Source: Candidatus Kerfeldbacteria bacterium (GTDB lineage: Bacteria; Patescibacteriota; Patescibacteriia; SBBC01; CAIJZX01). From it: a stretch of 64,000 bases of DNA. The stretch covers positions 727,478 through 791,477 of the forward strand of contig JACPSJ010000001.1 in assembly GCA_016193315.1 (NCBI GenBank), given 5' to 3'. How positions within the stretch are numbered: the first letter of the stretch is position 1; every line of letters starts with the position of its first letter. The notes beneath the pieces are model-generated. The model saw nothing but the letters and a program-made list of their open reading frames with translations, ran no database searches and had not been told where the DNA came from. Shown here piece after piece: positions 34,932-45,504 of the stretch. The position numbers and the translations under genes were made by a program.

Positions 34932-36650
34932 CTACCACGACCCCCCACCACCCCCGCCAAAACCGCCGCCGGAGAATCCACCGCCACCGAACCCAGACGA
35001 ACCGCTGGCCGCCGGCGGGGCGAAGCTGCGGAGCGTGCGAGCGGAAAAACTGTTCATGGCCGACCACAACATCAGACTGTTGAAACTACCAGGGTATGAT
35101 CCGTGATACCACGATGGCGGCGGCTGGTTGAGGCCGGCGAAAGCCTGACTCCACTTCTCGGCCACGCCAAAGGCCATGGCGTACGGCAAGTACTGTTCAA
35201 AGATATTCTGGCGCTCCTGCCATTGTAAACGATACTTCTCGGCCTTTTCCAGAAACAGCTTGAACCCGCGGGCGTGCCAGAAGGCAGTCACGCCTTTTGA
35301 GGTGCGCTTCGGCATGACGCCGGCGAAAACGATGATCAGCAGCCCGATGATGGCCAGGCCGAGCTGCGGGAAAAGCGTAAACGCCACCACCAGCCCGAGT
35401 ACCAGCACGCCGCCGCCGACCAAGCCGGCTCGCACGCGCGCTTGTGACGGATCAGTCAGAAAGTACCCTTGTTCGGCTACCTGGCGGTAGAGATCCGATT
35501 GGATGGCCCGGACGTCGTCGGCGAAGGCGCCCTTTAGTTCAGACAGCCGGACGGAATCGCCGTCGGCAAACAGACCTGATAGCAGTTGGCGTTCATGTGC
35601 CCGGAGCGGTGGGTCGTCTTTTCGTTTACGCCGGCGAAGTTCGTAATCAGTTGACGCGGCCAAACCGAGCAGTTTCTTCTCTTTTGTTTCGGTAATGTCC
35701 ACGTAACCGCGAACGGCCAAGTCGATGATGGTGGCGACCACGTCGCGTTGATTGGCGCGTTCGTCAAAGAGGACGCCCATCTCACCCGGCGTCATCCCGG
35801 GCGGCGGGTCGTACTGGGCGATGACCGTGCCCGGCCCGGCCGGATCGCGACCCTGCCGCTTCCAATATCGCCACAGCCAGACCGCCAAGATCAGCGGCAA
35901 GGCAATATCGCCGATGATGACGGCCGGTCCTGACCGGAAAACAGCCCGCCATCCCGGCCCCAAACCGCCGCCCTGCCGAAGCTGGTCGTAGTTGCCTGGT
36001 TTCGTCACCACTCCGGTGGGCCAGCCGACGACCACGGTCAGGTAGTCGTTGCTAGCGAATGTGGCGCTCGAGATATCGGTGGTGAATCGGCACTCTTCAC
36101 TCTTCGACCCCACGGCGCCGGTGAAACAGCGAGACTGCAATTCATTGATGGGTACCTGTCCCGGCAACCTGACGGTGGCGTCGACTTGCCGAATCGGCAC
36201 TTCCCAGTCCGAACCGGTGACGTTCCAGTAGAGTTCGTCGTAGTCGTCAAAAAAGTTAACCGCCGCCAGCGCGCGGTAGCGAAGGGAATACGTGTGTTCG
36301 CCGCTGATCGTGCGATCAGGATCGCCTATTTTCCAGCGAACCGTGTCGGCGAATGACGATTGTTCGTACGGCACCGATCCCCCATCAAGAGTAATCTCAT
36401 CCAGTTCAATCGGCACGCTTATCCGATCAGCTCGATCTGTGGCGTAACGAAACGGTAGGTCACGGAAAATACCGTGCTTCGGCACAAAAAAATTGACCTC
36501 GATCGTTTCCGTGACATCAATCGAAGCGTCGGACTGAACGGTGACCGCTGAATGAAAGCGACTGATCGCCCAGTCGGCGGCCGTGGCCGGCCGAGCTATC
36601 AGGAATCCGACGACCGCGGTCAGAACAAAGTAACTACGCCAAGCGCTCAC
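34932..36650 (-). CDS. DUF2207 domain membrane protein
   Basis: HGIFR, ELYWN, IDLAVRG, LPYAMAFG, Gly-rich tail GGGFGGGGGGSW; start uncertain. Confidence 0.88.
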   Translation of the reverse strand: MSAWRSYFVLTAVVGFLIARPATAADWAISRFHSAVTVQSDASIDVTETIEVNFFVPKHGIFRDLPFRYATDRADRISVPIELDEITLDGGSVPYEQSSFADTVRWKIGDPDRTISGEHTYSLRYRALAAVNFFDDYDELYWNVTGSDWEVPIRQVDATVRLPGQVPINELQSRCFTGAVGSKSEECRFTTDISSATFASNDYLTVVVGWPTGVVTKPGNYDQLRQGGGLGPGWRAVFRSGPAVIIGDIALPLILAVWLWRYWKRQGRDPAGPGTVIAQYDPPPGMTPGEMGVLFDERANQRDVVATIIDLAVRGYVDITETKEKKLLGLAASTDYELRRRKRKDDPPLRAHERQLLSGLFADGDSVRLSELKGAFADDVRAIQSDLYRQVAEQGYFLTDPSQARVRAGLVGGGVLVLGLVVAFTLFPQLGLAIIGLLIIVFAGVMPKRTSKGVTAFWHARGFKLFLEKAEKYRLQWQERQNIFEQYLPYAMAFGVAEKWSQAFAGLNQPPPSWYHGSYPGSFNSLMLWSAMNSFSARTLRSFAPPAASGSSGFGGGGFSGGGFGGGGGGSW

Positions 36651-37968
36651 GGAGATAGTCGACCAGTTCTCCAATCGCCACGTCAGTTTGCTTCATCGAA
36701 TCGCGCTCGCGGACCGTGACCGTGCCCTTGGGGCGTTTGCCGCCTTCGAGGGTGTCGAAGTCGATGGTCACGCAGAACGGCGTGCCGATTTCGTCTTGGC
36801 TATAGTACCGCTTGCCGATGTTGCCGCGATCATCCCAAGCCACCATGAAGTGCGATTGGAGTTGGTGAAAAATATCCCGCGCTTGCTTGACCAGGGGCGG
36901 CTTGTTTGCCAAGAGCGGAAACACCGCGACTTTGTACGGTGCCAACCTCGGGTGCAGTTTTAGGACCAAGCGGTCATCCTCTTGGTGGTAGGCCTCGATC
37001 AGAAAGAACAGCAGCGAGCGATCGACGCCGGCCGAGGTTTCAATGTCCCACGGCAGAAACACGTCGCCGCTCTCAGGGTCTCGGTATCGAACGTCCTGCC
37101 CGGAAAATTCTTGGTGCCGCTTGAGATCCCAGTCCCCGCGATCATGGATGCCGATGAACTCCGCCCAGCCGAAGGGGCTGTGGTATTCGATATCGAACGC
37201 TTGCTGAGCATAGTGGGCTCGCTCTTGAGGCCGGTGCTCATGCCATCGCAAGTGCCGCGGGTTTAATCCGTACCTCACATACCAATCCCAACGATCCTGT
37301 TTCCAGTACGAAAACCATTTGTCAGCCTCTTTGTTATCCGGTCGAATGTAGAACTGCGTCTCCATCTGTTCAAACTCGCGGCTGCGGAAGGTAAAATTCC
37401 CAGGGGTTATTTCGTTGCGAAAGGCCTTGCCGATTTGGGCAATGCCGAATGGGATTTTGACCCGAGTGGTATCGAGAATATTCTTGAAATTCACCTGCGC
37501 TCCGTTGGTGATTTCGCCGCGCAGATAGATTTGCTGTTTTTCGCCCTCGATCACGCCGAGGAAGGCCGGTACCAGCAGATTGAACTTTTTTGGTTCGGTC
37601 CAGCTGGCTTTCTTGTTGGGGTGGGTGGTGGCGTGAGCTTTAATTTCACCTTCATGGTCAGCCCGAAAACGCTGATGACAAATTTTGCACTCGATCAATG
37701 GATCAGTGAAAGCTTCGACATGCCCAGAAGCCTCCCACGCCCGGGGGTTCATCATGATGGCCGCATCGATGCCAACCATGTCTTCGCGTCGCTCGACCAC
37801 ATCGGTCCACCAGGCGTCTTTGATACTCTTTTTAAAGAGTGCGCCGAGTGGACCATAATCCCAGGTACCAGCCAAGCCGCTGTAGATTTCTGAACCTGGA
37901 TAGATAAAGCCGCGCCGTTTGGCAAAACTGACAATCTCGCCCATCAAGTTCGGTTCCGGCGCCGCCAT
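36634..37968 (-). CDS. glyQS: glycine--tRNA ligase (alpha2 type)
   Basis: KRRGFI, DYGPLG, FRNEITP, REFEQME, IGKRY, DEIGTP. Confidence 0.96.
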   Translation of the reverse strand: MAAPEPNLMGEIVSFAKRRGFIYPGSEIYSGLAGTWDYGPLGALFKKSIKDAWWTDVVERREDMVGIDAAIMMNPRAWEASGHVEAFTDPLIECKICHQRFRADHEGEIKAHATTHPNKKASWTEPKKFNLLVPAFLGVIEGEKQQIYLRGEITNGAQVNFKNILDTTRVKIPFGIAQIGKAFRNEITPGNFTFRSREFEQMETQFYIRPDNKEADKWFSYWKQDRWDWYVRYGLNPRHLRWHEHRPQERAHYAQQAFDIEYHSPFGWAEFIGIHDRGDWDLKRHQEFSGQDVRYRDPESGDVFLPWDIETSAGVDRSLLFFLIEAYHQEDDRLVLKLHPRLAPYKVAVFPLLANKPPLVKQARDIFHQLQSHFMVAWDDRGNIGKRYYSQDEIGTPFCVTIDFDTLEGGKRPKGTVTVRERDSMKQTDVAIGELVDYLRERLA

Positions 37969-38036
37969 GATAACCTCAATGGTAGCAAGAATTGGACAAA
38001 ATTCAAGAGGGATTTCGAAATGAAAAACACCCGTCG

Positions 38037-38579
38037 TCATGCGGCGGGTGGTTCGCTCGGGCCTCCGGTCAATGTGCTCGGGCGGACCGCGCCGGTCGGC
38101 TCTGGACTTGGAGTTCCGAGAACGGTCTCAATCGAACCGCGCCATTCGAACCGCACGAACCAACTGCGATTCTTCGGTTGCCCTTCGACCGGCGGCGACT
38201 CCGTCGAACCGAGAGAAACGTTCGTATTCCGCTGGAAGTGCTCCTGGAGAGCCGGGTTAGCCCTGAAGAGGGCAGAAATCAACCAGGTGCACAGCCGACC
38301 AGGGGGAGTCAGCTTGCCTTCGGACAATTGACGATACTCGCTGAGCGACTCCATCACCGGTTGTGGAATCCAAGTCCCGACTGCTTGGCCCTCCGGAATC
38401 CGCCCGCCGAGTTTTTCCCCCACCTCCTGGCTGAAGGAAAACGTTAGATCCCCGCCAGCGGTCCGAAAGTACTGGATCCACTGGTGTCCGAGCCGCAACT
38501 GGTCTTCGTCCGTGAGCTCCAATTTGGAGCCCGGCCGCTCCGGTTCGATGTGGACTTCGGGTCTGGTTACCACCGGCAT
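38037..38579 (-). CDS. hypothetical protein
   Basis: AAGGAGG SD, TTGACA upstream at about 38644-38649, stop codon in terminator hairpin. Confidence 0.6.
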   Translation of the reverse strand: MPVVTRPEVHIEPERPGSKLELTDEDQLRLGHQWIQYFRTAGGDLTFSFSQEVGEKLGGRIPEGQAVGTWIPQPVMESLSEYRQLSEGKLTPPGRLCTWLISALFRANPALQEHFQRNTNVSLGSTESPPVEGQPKNRSWFVRFEWRGSIETVLGTPSPEPTGAVRPSTLTGGPSEPPAA

Positions 38580-38738
38580 AACCCCTCCTTGTGAAAGGTC
38601 GCAGATATTGTGGTCGGCGACACCTTATCGAAAGCCGGACCGTTTGTCAACAGCAGCGAACCACCTGCTTCCGGACGCTTCAGGAATTGGACACCAGCCG
38701 ATCGCCTAGCGGTCGGCGTTTTTCTTCACGCCGAGTGG

Positions 38739-41474
38739 TTATCCCACCGGCTTGGCTTTCTCCACCCGCAGCGTGCCGCCCGGCTCGAGCACGGCCACGT
38801 CGCGCCGGCCCAACTGTCCCTGGAGGAGAAATTTCGCAATCGCGTCATCAACCCGCTCTTGGACCAGCCGACGGAGCGGGCGGGCACCGAAGACTGGGTC
38901 GTATCCAGTTTGGGCCAGTTCGGCGATCGCTTCCGGCGAAGCTTTGAGGGTGATGCCCTTCGTCTGCAGATGTCGGGCGATCTCGTTGATCATCAGGCCG
39001 ACAATCTTGACAATCTGGATCGGGCTGAGTGGCTTAAAGACCACGACGGCATCAAAGCGGTTGAGGAATTCCGGTCGGAAGTACTGCTGGAGAATGTCAT
39101 TGATCAATTCTTGTTTGATCGTTTCCATCAACGCACCTTCGCGGAGTCGATTCTGAATATGCTGCGTGCCGGCGTTGGAGGTGGCAATGATGATGACATT
39201 GGTGAAATCAATGGTCCGTCCGGAAGCATCGGTCAACCGTCCGTCGTCCATCACCTGGAGAAAAAGATTGAGCACATCGGGATGGGCTTTTTCTAATTCA
39301 TCGAGCAGGACCAGTGAGAACGGTCGGTGCCGGACTGCCTCCGTTAGCAGGCCGCCGCTGGACCCGCCGTAGCCCGGCGGGGCGCCGAGTAGACGGTGGA
39401 TGCTGGCGATGTCTTGATACTCCGACATATCGAGCCGGACCATCGACGTGGCCGAGCCAAAGTAAACGGCCGCCACGGTTTTCGCCAGCTCCGTCTTGCC
39501 CACGCCGGTCGGCCCGAGAAAAAGGAAACTGGCGATCGGGCGTTTGGTGTCGCGGATTTCCGCCCGGGCGCGACGGAGGGCATTGGATACAGCCTTGACC
39601 GCTTCATCTTGGCCGACGATCCGACCATGGATCTCGTCTTCGAGGTGCAGCAGCTTCGACTGTTCGTCGGCGGTCACACTTCGGACGTTGATCTTCGATT
39701 GCTCGGAAATAATAGTCGCTACGTCGTCACCTAGGACGAGCGCCCGTGGGCCCCGGGCCCGGCGAGCTAGGGTAGCGGCTTCGGCCAGAATCTCTAGGGC
39801 TTTCCCCGGCTGCGTTTTTTCGTGGAGGTAGCGCTGCGACAATCGGACGGCTCGGTCAATGGCGTCATAGGTAAAATATACTTCGTGCTTCGCTTCCAGG
39901 GCGCCGATTCGCGACTCAACCGCGACGATCGATTGTTCTTCATCCATTTCCGGGACTTCCACCAGTTCGAACGCGCCGCTCACGCCGCTGGGCTCGATCA
40001 GCCGCCGATAGGCGCTGACCTGGGCAGTGGCCGCGGACAAAAAGGTTCCACGTTGCAGTTCTTCAGCAATCATATGGGCTGCATCCAGCCCGCCGCCGCT
40101 CGACGACACACCGACCAGTTGGTCGAAGTCTTCAATCGCCAACACGATATTCCCCGCCCGAACTAATTCCTGGATGATGAGGGCCACCCGTTCTTCCAGC
40201 TCGCCCATCCCACCAGCCCCGGCCACGAGCGCCGCCGAGGATAAGCTGACCAGCCGCTTGTCTTGGAGGATCGTCGGCACATCCTCGGCCACCATTCGCT
40301 CGGCCAGTGCGTTGAGGACGGTCGTTTTGCCGACGCCGACATCGCCCACCAGCATCACGCTCCGCCGGCCGCTGGCCATGATCCGGAATATTTTTTTCAG
40401 CTCCTCGTCACGGCCGATGACGTAGGGCAGTACCCCTTCGCGAGCACGGCGAGTCAAATCAAGGCTGAAACGATCGAGGACCGGCGTGGCCGAAGCGGTG
40501 TAACCACGATCAATGACGCCGCGCGGCTTCATGGCTGCCCGCTGCCGGTACCGTCGCAGCCTCGTCCGCAAGTCTTCCTGAATCAACAGCCAGGCGATGA
40601 CGTGTTCGAGCCGCTGTTCATCAACTCCCAATTCGTACAATAGTTCCCGGGCCGGATCTTCCAGTTCGCTGATGGCCGCCATCAAATACGGCGGTGTGAC
40701 CCGATCTAAGCGGTCGCCGGCGGCCCGTCGAAAAGCGTGGATGAGCAAAGTTCGCGTGGCCAGACTCGGCACCGGGTCAATCGAGCCAGACGGCTGGTGG
40801 CTATCGAATGTGGCTAGGCGCTCGCGCATCGTGTCCGGCCTGAGCCCCATGCGCACAATCATGCTGGCCACCTGTGGTGTGGTGGTCAACACGTGGAGGA
40901 CGTGGGCGGGGGTCATTTCCGACCGCCGGCGTTGCTGTGCCAAGAACCAGGCCTGATCCATAATCCGGAGCGCTGCTTCAGAGAAGCGACTGCCCACATC
41001 GAGGTGTCTTGTGCCCGCTGTCCAAGCCTGATCGACCGGAAGTTGATCGGTCCCGGGCGGAATGCGCGGATAGAACATGGTTTCCCGCTCCAGGCGGTAG
41101 TAAAGGTAGAGCGCGGCCACGATCCCGAGCCACCAAGCAGCCAAACTGACGTCGCGGGCGAGCCAGGTGAGCAGCAACTGCCCATCGAGCAAAGCGCGGT
41201 AGAGAACGGGTCCGCCCAAAACCGCGCCGCCGATAACAAGCAGCATTAACAGCCCGGTGATGAGTAGTTTGATGACATGCTCCTGGCGTCGCTCGGCGAT
41301 GGTCAGAGCGTTGATCGGATGAGACCATGACCACCAGCGCCCGGCCCACCAGGTGGCCAGGCCCGCCCCCTGACAGGTAGGGCAGGTTCGGGTTTGCCGA
41401 CGCTGGTCGACCAGCATCCCGTGTCCGCCACAAGTTAGGCAGCGGGCCAGTTCGGCGGATGGCGAACCAGCCAT
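38739..41474 (-). CDS. ClpA/B/C-family AAA+ ATPase with N-terminal Zn finger and 2 TM helices
   Basis: GDVGVGKT, GPTGVGKT, RLDMSEY, LDELEKAH, FRPEFLNR, GARPLRR; N-terminal CxxCxGxG twice. Confidence 0.9.
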   Translation of the reverse strand: MAGSPSAELARCLTCGGHGMLVDQRRQTRTCPTCQGAGLATWWAGRWWSWSHPINALTIAERRQEHVIKLLITGLLMLLVIGGAVLGGPVLYRALLDGQLLLTWLARDVSLAAWWLGIVAALYLYYRLERETMFYPRIPPGTDQLPVDQAWTAGTRHLDVGSRFSEAALRIMDQAWFLAQQRRRSEMTPAHVLHVLTTTPQVASMIVRMGLRPDTMRERLATFDSHQPSGSIDPVPSLATRTLLIHAFRRAAGDRLDRVTPPYLMAAISELEDPARELLYELGVDEQRLEHVIAWLLIQEDLRTRLRRYRQRAAMKPRGVIDRGYTASATPVLDRFSLDLTRRAREGVLPYVIGRDEELKKIFRIMASGRRSVMLVGDVGVGKTTVLNALAERMVAEDVPTILQDKRLVSLSSAALVAGAGGMGELEERVALIIQELVRAGNIVLAIEDFDQLVGVSSSGGGLDAAHMIAEELQRGTFLSAATAQVSAYRRLIEPSGVSGAFELVEVPEMDEEQSIVAVESRIGALEAKHEVYFTYDAIDRAVRLSQRYLHEKTQPGKALEILAEAATLARRARGPRALVLGDDVATIISEQSKINVRSVTADEQSKLLHLEDEIHGRIVGQDEAVKAVSNALRRARAEIRDTKRPIASFLFLGPTGVGKTELAKTVAAVYFGSATSMVRLDMSEYQDIASIHRLLGAPPGYGGSSGGLLTEAVRHRPFSLVLLDELEKAHPDVLNLFLQVMDDGRLTDASGRTIDFTNVIIIATSNAGTQHIQNRLREGALMETIKQELINDILQQYFRPEFLNRFDAVVVFKPLSPIQIVKIVGLMINEIARHLQTKGITLKASPEAIAELAQTGYDPVFGARPLRRLVQERVDDAIAKFLLQGQLGRRDVAVLEPGGTLRVEKAKPVG

Positions 41475-41477
41475 GGT

Positions 41478-41849
41478 CTAGGCCGGAATGAGTTGACGGA
41501 TGAGCATCCCCACGGCCACGACTGGCACCAAGAGCCACAGCAGGAAGAGGAACACGATCACACCTGACCAGACAGTCAGCACGGCCAGCGACCAACCGAT
41601 CAGGAGGAGACGGAAGAAAAAACTGATGATCCGCCCGCTCCGCGAATAATCGGCGTACATCGGTTTGCCGATGTTGATGATCAGAAACCGCAGCCCAAGA
41701 CGATCGACCATACCCCACCACTGTCGCACGGTCCGGCGCCAGGTCAGACGCAGGCCATCGCTATACCACCAGACGGGAAAATACAAGATTTCTCCGATCA
41801 CCTCGCGAAGAACAAACGATAGGGTTCGACCAGTCAGCGACTTAGTCAT
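41478..41849 (-). CDS. small membrane protein
   Basis: FPVWWYS, GRIISFFFR, hydrophobic C-terminus; immediately upstream of the Clp ATPase. Confidence 0.8.
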   Translation of the reverse strand: MTKSLTGRTLSFVLREVIGEILYFPVWWYSDGLRLTWRRTVRQWWGMVDRLGLRFLIINIGKPMYADYSRSGRIISFFFRLLLIGWSLAVLTVWSGVIVFLFLLWLLVPVVAVGMLIRQLIPA

Positions 41850-42014
41850 GGAGAATTTTTCTTACTTTACCATTTTCCGCCGGCTCAGCCAAGGAAAAGC
41901 AGGCAGGGGGAGGCACCGTCGATCGTTTGCGCGCTCGGCGGTGCCTTTAGAGATGCTGGGTACTTGTATCTGTCCGCCAAAGACTGATTCCCTTCATGAC
42001 GCGACCTCCCGGTG

Positions 42015-42419
42015 CTAGTGGTCTTTCTTGGTATCGACTGTCCGTAGCCGATCCCACTGAACCCGTTTGTGACTGTCATTCTTCATCAGGACCACCCCCC
42101 ACTCCGGCTCGAAGCGACAGCCATTCTCCTCCATCTTCCAAGGCTCGGGTGGTAGGCTGCGGCCGATAACCGCGAGCAGCATCCCGCTTTCAAGGTTGCC
42201 ATCGGCACCAGGAAACATTACGGTGTCGCCTGGTTTGAAGCCGCCTCCGACGTCGCCCTTGAGCGTGAAGCTGAGGTCATCTCGTCCGTAGCTGAACAGG
42301 GCCCGATTGTATCCGTCGAGGGTACTCCAGACCCGATCCCGAGGCCAGCGCTGACCGATTCCAGTTGTGACTTCGTCGGTCAAAACTTCTAGTTCTGTAG
42401 CAGCAAGCAATGCAATCAC
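42015..42419 (-). CDS. hypothetical protein
   Basis: ORF behind AGGAGG and an upstream TTGACA; exact start uncertain. Confidence 0.5.
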   Translation of the reverse strand: MIALLAATELEVLTDEVTTGIGQRWPRDRVWSTLDGYNRALFSYGRDDLSFTLKGDVGGGFKPGDTVMFPGADGNLESGMLLAVIGRSLPPEPWKMEENGCRFEPEWGVVLMKNDSHKRVQWDRLRTVDTKKDH

Positions 42420-42586
42420 CTCCTAGGAAGGACAGATTGTGAAACAGCATCCCCTGTGCCTTCCACAATACAAGAGGCCTGGGTCATGTCAAGTGTGAAG
42501 ATCCATCATTTGACTACGGCCCCAAAAAAAGGTAGACCGAGATCAGCCGTCGTTCCTTCAACCCTGACTCGAGGAGGTGATCATCT

Positions 42587-43393
42587 ATGGCTGCCTGGGC
42601 CCATGTCCTGGTTGCCCTCTTCGTCGTCGTCGTCATCGCTATTGCGTTGGCCCTTGGTATCGAGCGGTCGGTGTACCGACTCGTCCGAGTCGTCGGCCGC
42701 CTCTTCGATCTCGCTTGGCGGCTGATGATGACCGTCCTGGAGTTCCTGGCCCGCCTCGGTCACCGGTTGCGGGCGTTCGTCTACCGGCTCGAGCCGCTGA
42801 CGGACTATCTGCCCTTCGGGGCCGACACGCAGACGGCTCTCCGTGGACTGCTGATGGTTGGCGTCGCCATGCTCATCGCCGAACGTCGTTTTCCCTTGGC
42901 CCTGACCATTTTCATTCCGGCCTGGATGCTCGACTTCACCGATGGCATGACGGCCAAGCGTCGCGGACCAACGCGGATCGGGAAGTATCTCGATCCAGCC
43001 ATCGACATCCCGTCGATTGTGCTGCTCGCTTCGTTGCTGTGGCCATACTACCACCGGCAGTGGCTGGTCCTGGCGGCCGGGGCGCTGGCCATCTTCCGGG
43101 TCCTGCTGTTCGGACTGTACCACCTGGTGTTGGCTAAGCGCATCGGTCTCGGCATCCTGCCGAGTCACATCGGCGGACAGACGAAGATGTGGTTCATTGC
43201 CATCAGTTTTGGTCTGATACTACTCAACCCCCGGTCGTCGGCTACGGTTCGGTGGGCCGAAGTGTGTCTGTCAGTGGCTAACGCTCTCGAGGCCTTAGCG
43301 CTGATCGGCCTGGGCCGACGCGTCGTCCAAGGCCGGACCAGCCGCCAAGCGAAAACCCGTCCTGAGCAGCAAGTGCCGCGGACGGGAACCTAG
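42587..43393 (+). CDS. CDP-alcohol phosphatidyltransferase (PgsA-like)
   Basis: DFTDGMTAKRRGPTRIGKYLDPAID matches DxxDGxxAR...GxxxDxxxD; GGAGG SD. Confidence 0.85.
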   Translation: MAAWAHVLVALFVVVVIAIALALGIERSVYRLVRVVGRLFDLAWRLMMTVLEFLARLGHRLRAFVYRLEPLTDYLPFGADTQTALRGLLMVGVAMLIAERRFPLALTIFIPAWMLDFTDGMTAKRRGPTRIGKYLDPAIDIPSIVLLASLLWPYYHRQWLVLAAGALAIFRVLLFGLYHLVLAKRIGLGILPSHIGGQTKMWFIAISFGLILLNPRSSATVRWAEVCLSVANALEALALIGLGRRVVQGRTSRQAKTRPEQQVPRTGT

Positions 43394-43421
43394 CTACCAC
43401 TCGCCGCCGGGCGAGTGTTTC

Positions 43422-45494
43422 TTATTCTTCGGCCGCCGCCACTGTCCCCTCTCCCGCGGCCTGTGGATCATTAGGGACATCGGTCGTCAGCGACGGTTGG
43501 CTGACCTCCAGCGTGCGGCCAGAGAAGCTGTCCGTCGCTTTGGCCGCGGCCGTATTCGTCAGCACCACGGAATTTCCCACCTGAGTATCGTTGGGGGTGA
43601 TGGAAACTTCAAAGTAAGCAACCAACGTTGGCAAGCGCGACCCAGTCCCGGGCGGCACCTTGTTGAGCGTCCAGCTGACCGTCCGCTCGTCGGGGTCGAT
43701 GCGAATATCGCCGGCATCGCGACCGATATTCTTCCCGGTCCAGAAAACGTGGGTTGGGAGGGCGGCCGTGACTACCATGTTCGCCGCCTCACTGGTCGTG
43801 TTGGTCACCCGCCAGAAAATCCGGTAACTCGTGGTTTGGCCGACCACCGGCGGGACGGGGCCCTGTCCGTAGGCCGAGCCCTCATCACTATAGTACCGAG
43901 CTTCGGCTTGGAAACCGAAGGTGGTTACGATCTTGGTCGTAAATTCAATCGGGGGCGTTCCCTCAGCCGGAGTCGGCAGTGTCGGCGAAGAGACTGCCAC
44001 CCGGGCCACCACCCGCTGGTTCACATCATCGTCGCTGTCAACAGTTAGGCTAGCCACGGTCCCGACCGCCAACCGAATAGTCACATCCTGCCCGGGCTTG
44101 AGCAGCTCCAGACCGAGAACCTGATCCTTGGTCCAGGTCAAACTGCGATTGTCAACCTTGGCCTTGGCTGGGTTTTCTAGCTCAGTCAGGTCGAGGGCCG
44201 CACCATCAAGGGTCACGGTCGCAGCGATGTCGCTGATTTCCACGTCGCTCTCGTTGGCAATACGAATCGTGTAATTAAGGGAAGTTCCGAGTTCCGCCAC
44301 GCTTAACTCTGTTTGACCGTTGACTGCGACCGAGGTGGTCAGACCGGTATTCACCAAGATGACTAAGATAGCTTGCTCCGCCTGGAGATCAATTGTATTG
44401 GTGGCTGTCACCAGGCCAGCTCTGGCCGTCAATTCAAAGGTGTCACCCACATCACCGACCATCGATCCGGTGACGGTAATCGTGCCTTTGGTGTCCTGGG
44501 CGATCGAGTCCAGCCGCCAGACACCGGTGCCAGTTCGCGATTCCGGGCCGGTGGCTGGGTTCGTCCCCGTCACCTCCAAGCCATCAGGGTAGACCGCTTC
44601 GATTTGCACGTTGGCCAAATCACGGTTAGCCGTGTTGGCGTAGCCGATGGTCCACGCGCCGCTGGCGCCGGGGGCCAATTTCTTCGGTCCGTCGAGCGTC
44701 AGAGTGAGGATCGAAGAAGTAATTTTGGTCTTGGCCTCGGCCGTCGTCTGGAATTCGGAGTTGAAATTGGCTGGTCGGTAGGCCAAGGTGGCGCTAAACG
44801 CCCGCGCGGTGTTGACCGAGCCAAAAATAGTGCCTTTGATCGTCATCGTCGCCACCCGGCCACTGGCAATCGTCCCGAGATCGAAGGCGTTCTGGAAATC
44901 ATTCGTGCTGGCACGGCTCGTTTCTTGCACCGTAAAACCTTCCGGATACTCGATGGTTAGTTCCGCCCGCACGAGGTTGACTGGTTCGAGGTTCTGGTAC
45001 TTCGCGGTCAGCACAATATCGTCCCCCGAGGCCACCTCGGCCGGCGCTTCAAGTTCGAGTTGGACGCTGGCGCCGCTGAATTGGTTGGTCCGGTTAAAAA
45101 CGAAAAAACCGCCGACCGCTGCCAGGGACAAAACCGTCAGCGAGCCGATTACCCAGCCCCACGGGAATGGCCGTCCGCGGCTGCGTTCGAGCCGGCCCAT
45201 GCCCACTGGGGGGGAAGGTGGGGGGGCGCCATGTAGGACCGGCTCCAGTCCGCCGGAATCTAGTTTCTCGTCAGCTCGAGGCTGAGGCTCAGCCGCCGCA
45301 TCGCCGACGGCGACCGGCACTTTCCGACCTGATCCCATACGCTTTGTTGTCCGGCCTCGACCTTCGGGCGGCGAGCCTTCGGCTGGCTCAACTTCGGGGT
45401 GGTCGAGATCAGCCAAGAACGCCGAGACGTCGGCGTTTGAGTATTTTGCTGATGCCGGTCGACGAGCGCTCACGGTGCTTTTTGGTTTCGCCAT
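43422..45494 (-). CDS. large membrane-anchored surface protein with Ig-like repeats
   Basis: Disordered N-terminus, one TM, Thr/Val-rich beta domains, GPVPPVVGQTTSYRIFW. Confidence 0.8.
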   Translation of the reverse strand: MAKPKSTVSARRPASAKYSNADVSAFLADLDHPEVEPAEGSPPEGRGRTTKRMGSGRKVPVAVGDAAAEPQPRADEKLDSGGLEPVLHGAPPPSPPVGMGRLERSRGRPFPWGWVIGSLTVLSLAAVGGFFVFNRTNQFSGASVQLELEAPAEVASGDDIVLTAKYQNLEPVNLVRAELTIEYPEGFTVQETSRASTNDFQNAFDLGTIASGRVATMTIKGTIFGSVNTARAFSATLAYRPANFNSEFQTTAEAKTKITSSILTLTLDGPKKLAPGASGAWTIGYANTANRDLANVQIEAVYPDGLEVTGTNPATGPESRTGTGVWRLDSIAQDTKGTITVTGSMVGDVGDTFELTARAGLVTATNTIDLQAEQAILVILVNTGLTTSVAVNGQTELSVAELGTSLNYTIRIANESDVEISDIAATVTLDGAALDLTELENPAKAKVDNRSLTWTKDQVLGLELLKPGQDVTIRLAVGTVASLTVDSDDDVNQRVVARVAVSSPTLPTPAEGTPPIEFTTKIVTTFGFQAEARYYSDEGSAYGQGPVPPVVGQTTSYRIFWRVTNTTSEAANMVVTAALPTHVFWTGKNIGRDAGDIRIDPDERTVSWTLNKVPPGTGSRLPTLVAYFEVSITPNDTQVGNSVVLTNTAAAKATDSFSGRTLEVSQPSLTTDVPNDPQAAGEGTVAAAEE

Positions 45495-45504
45495 GACCAC
45501 TAGT

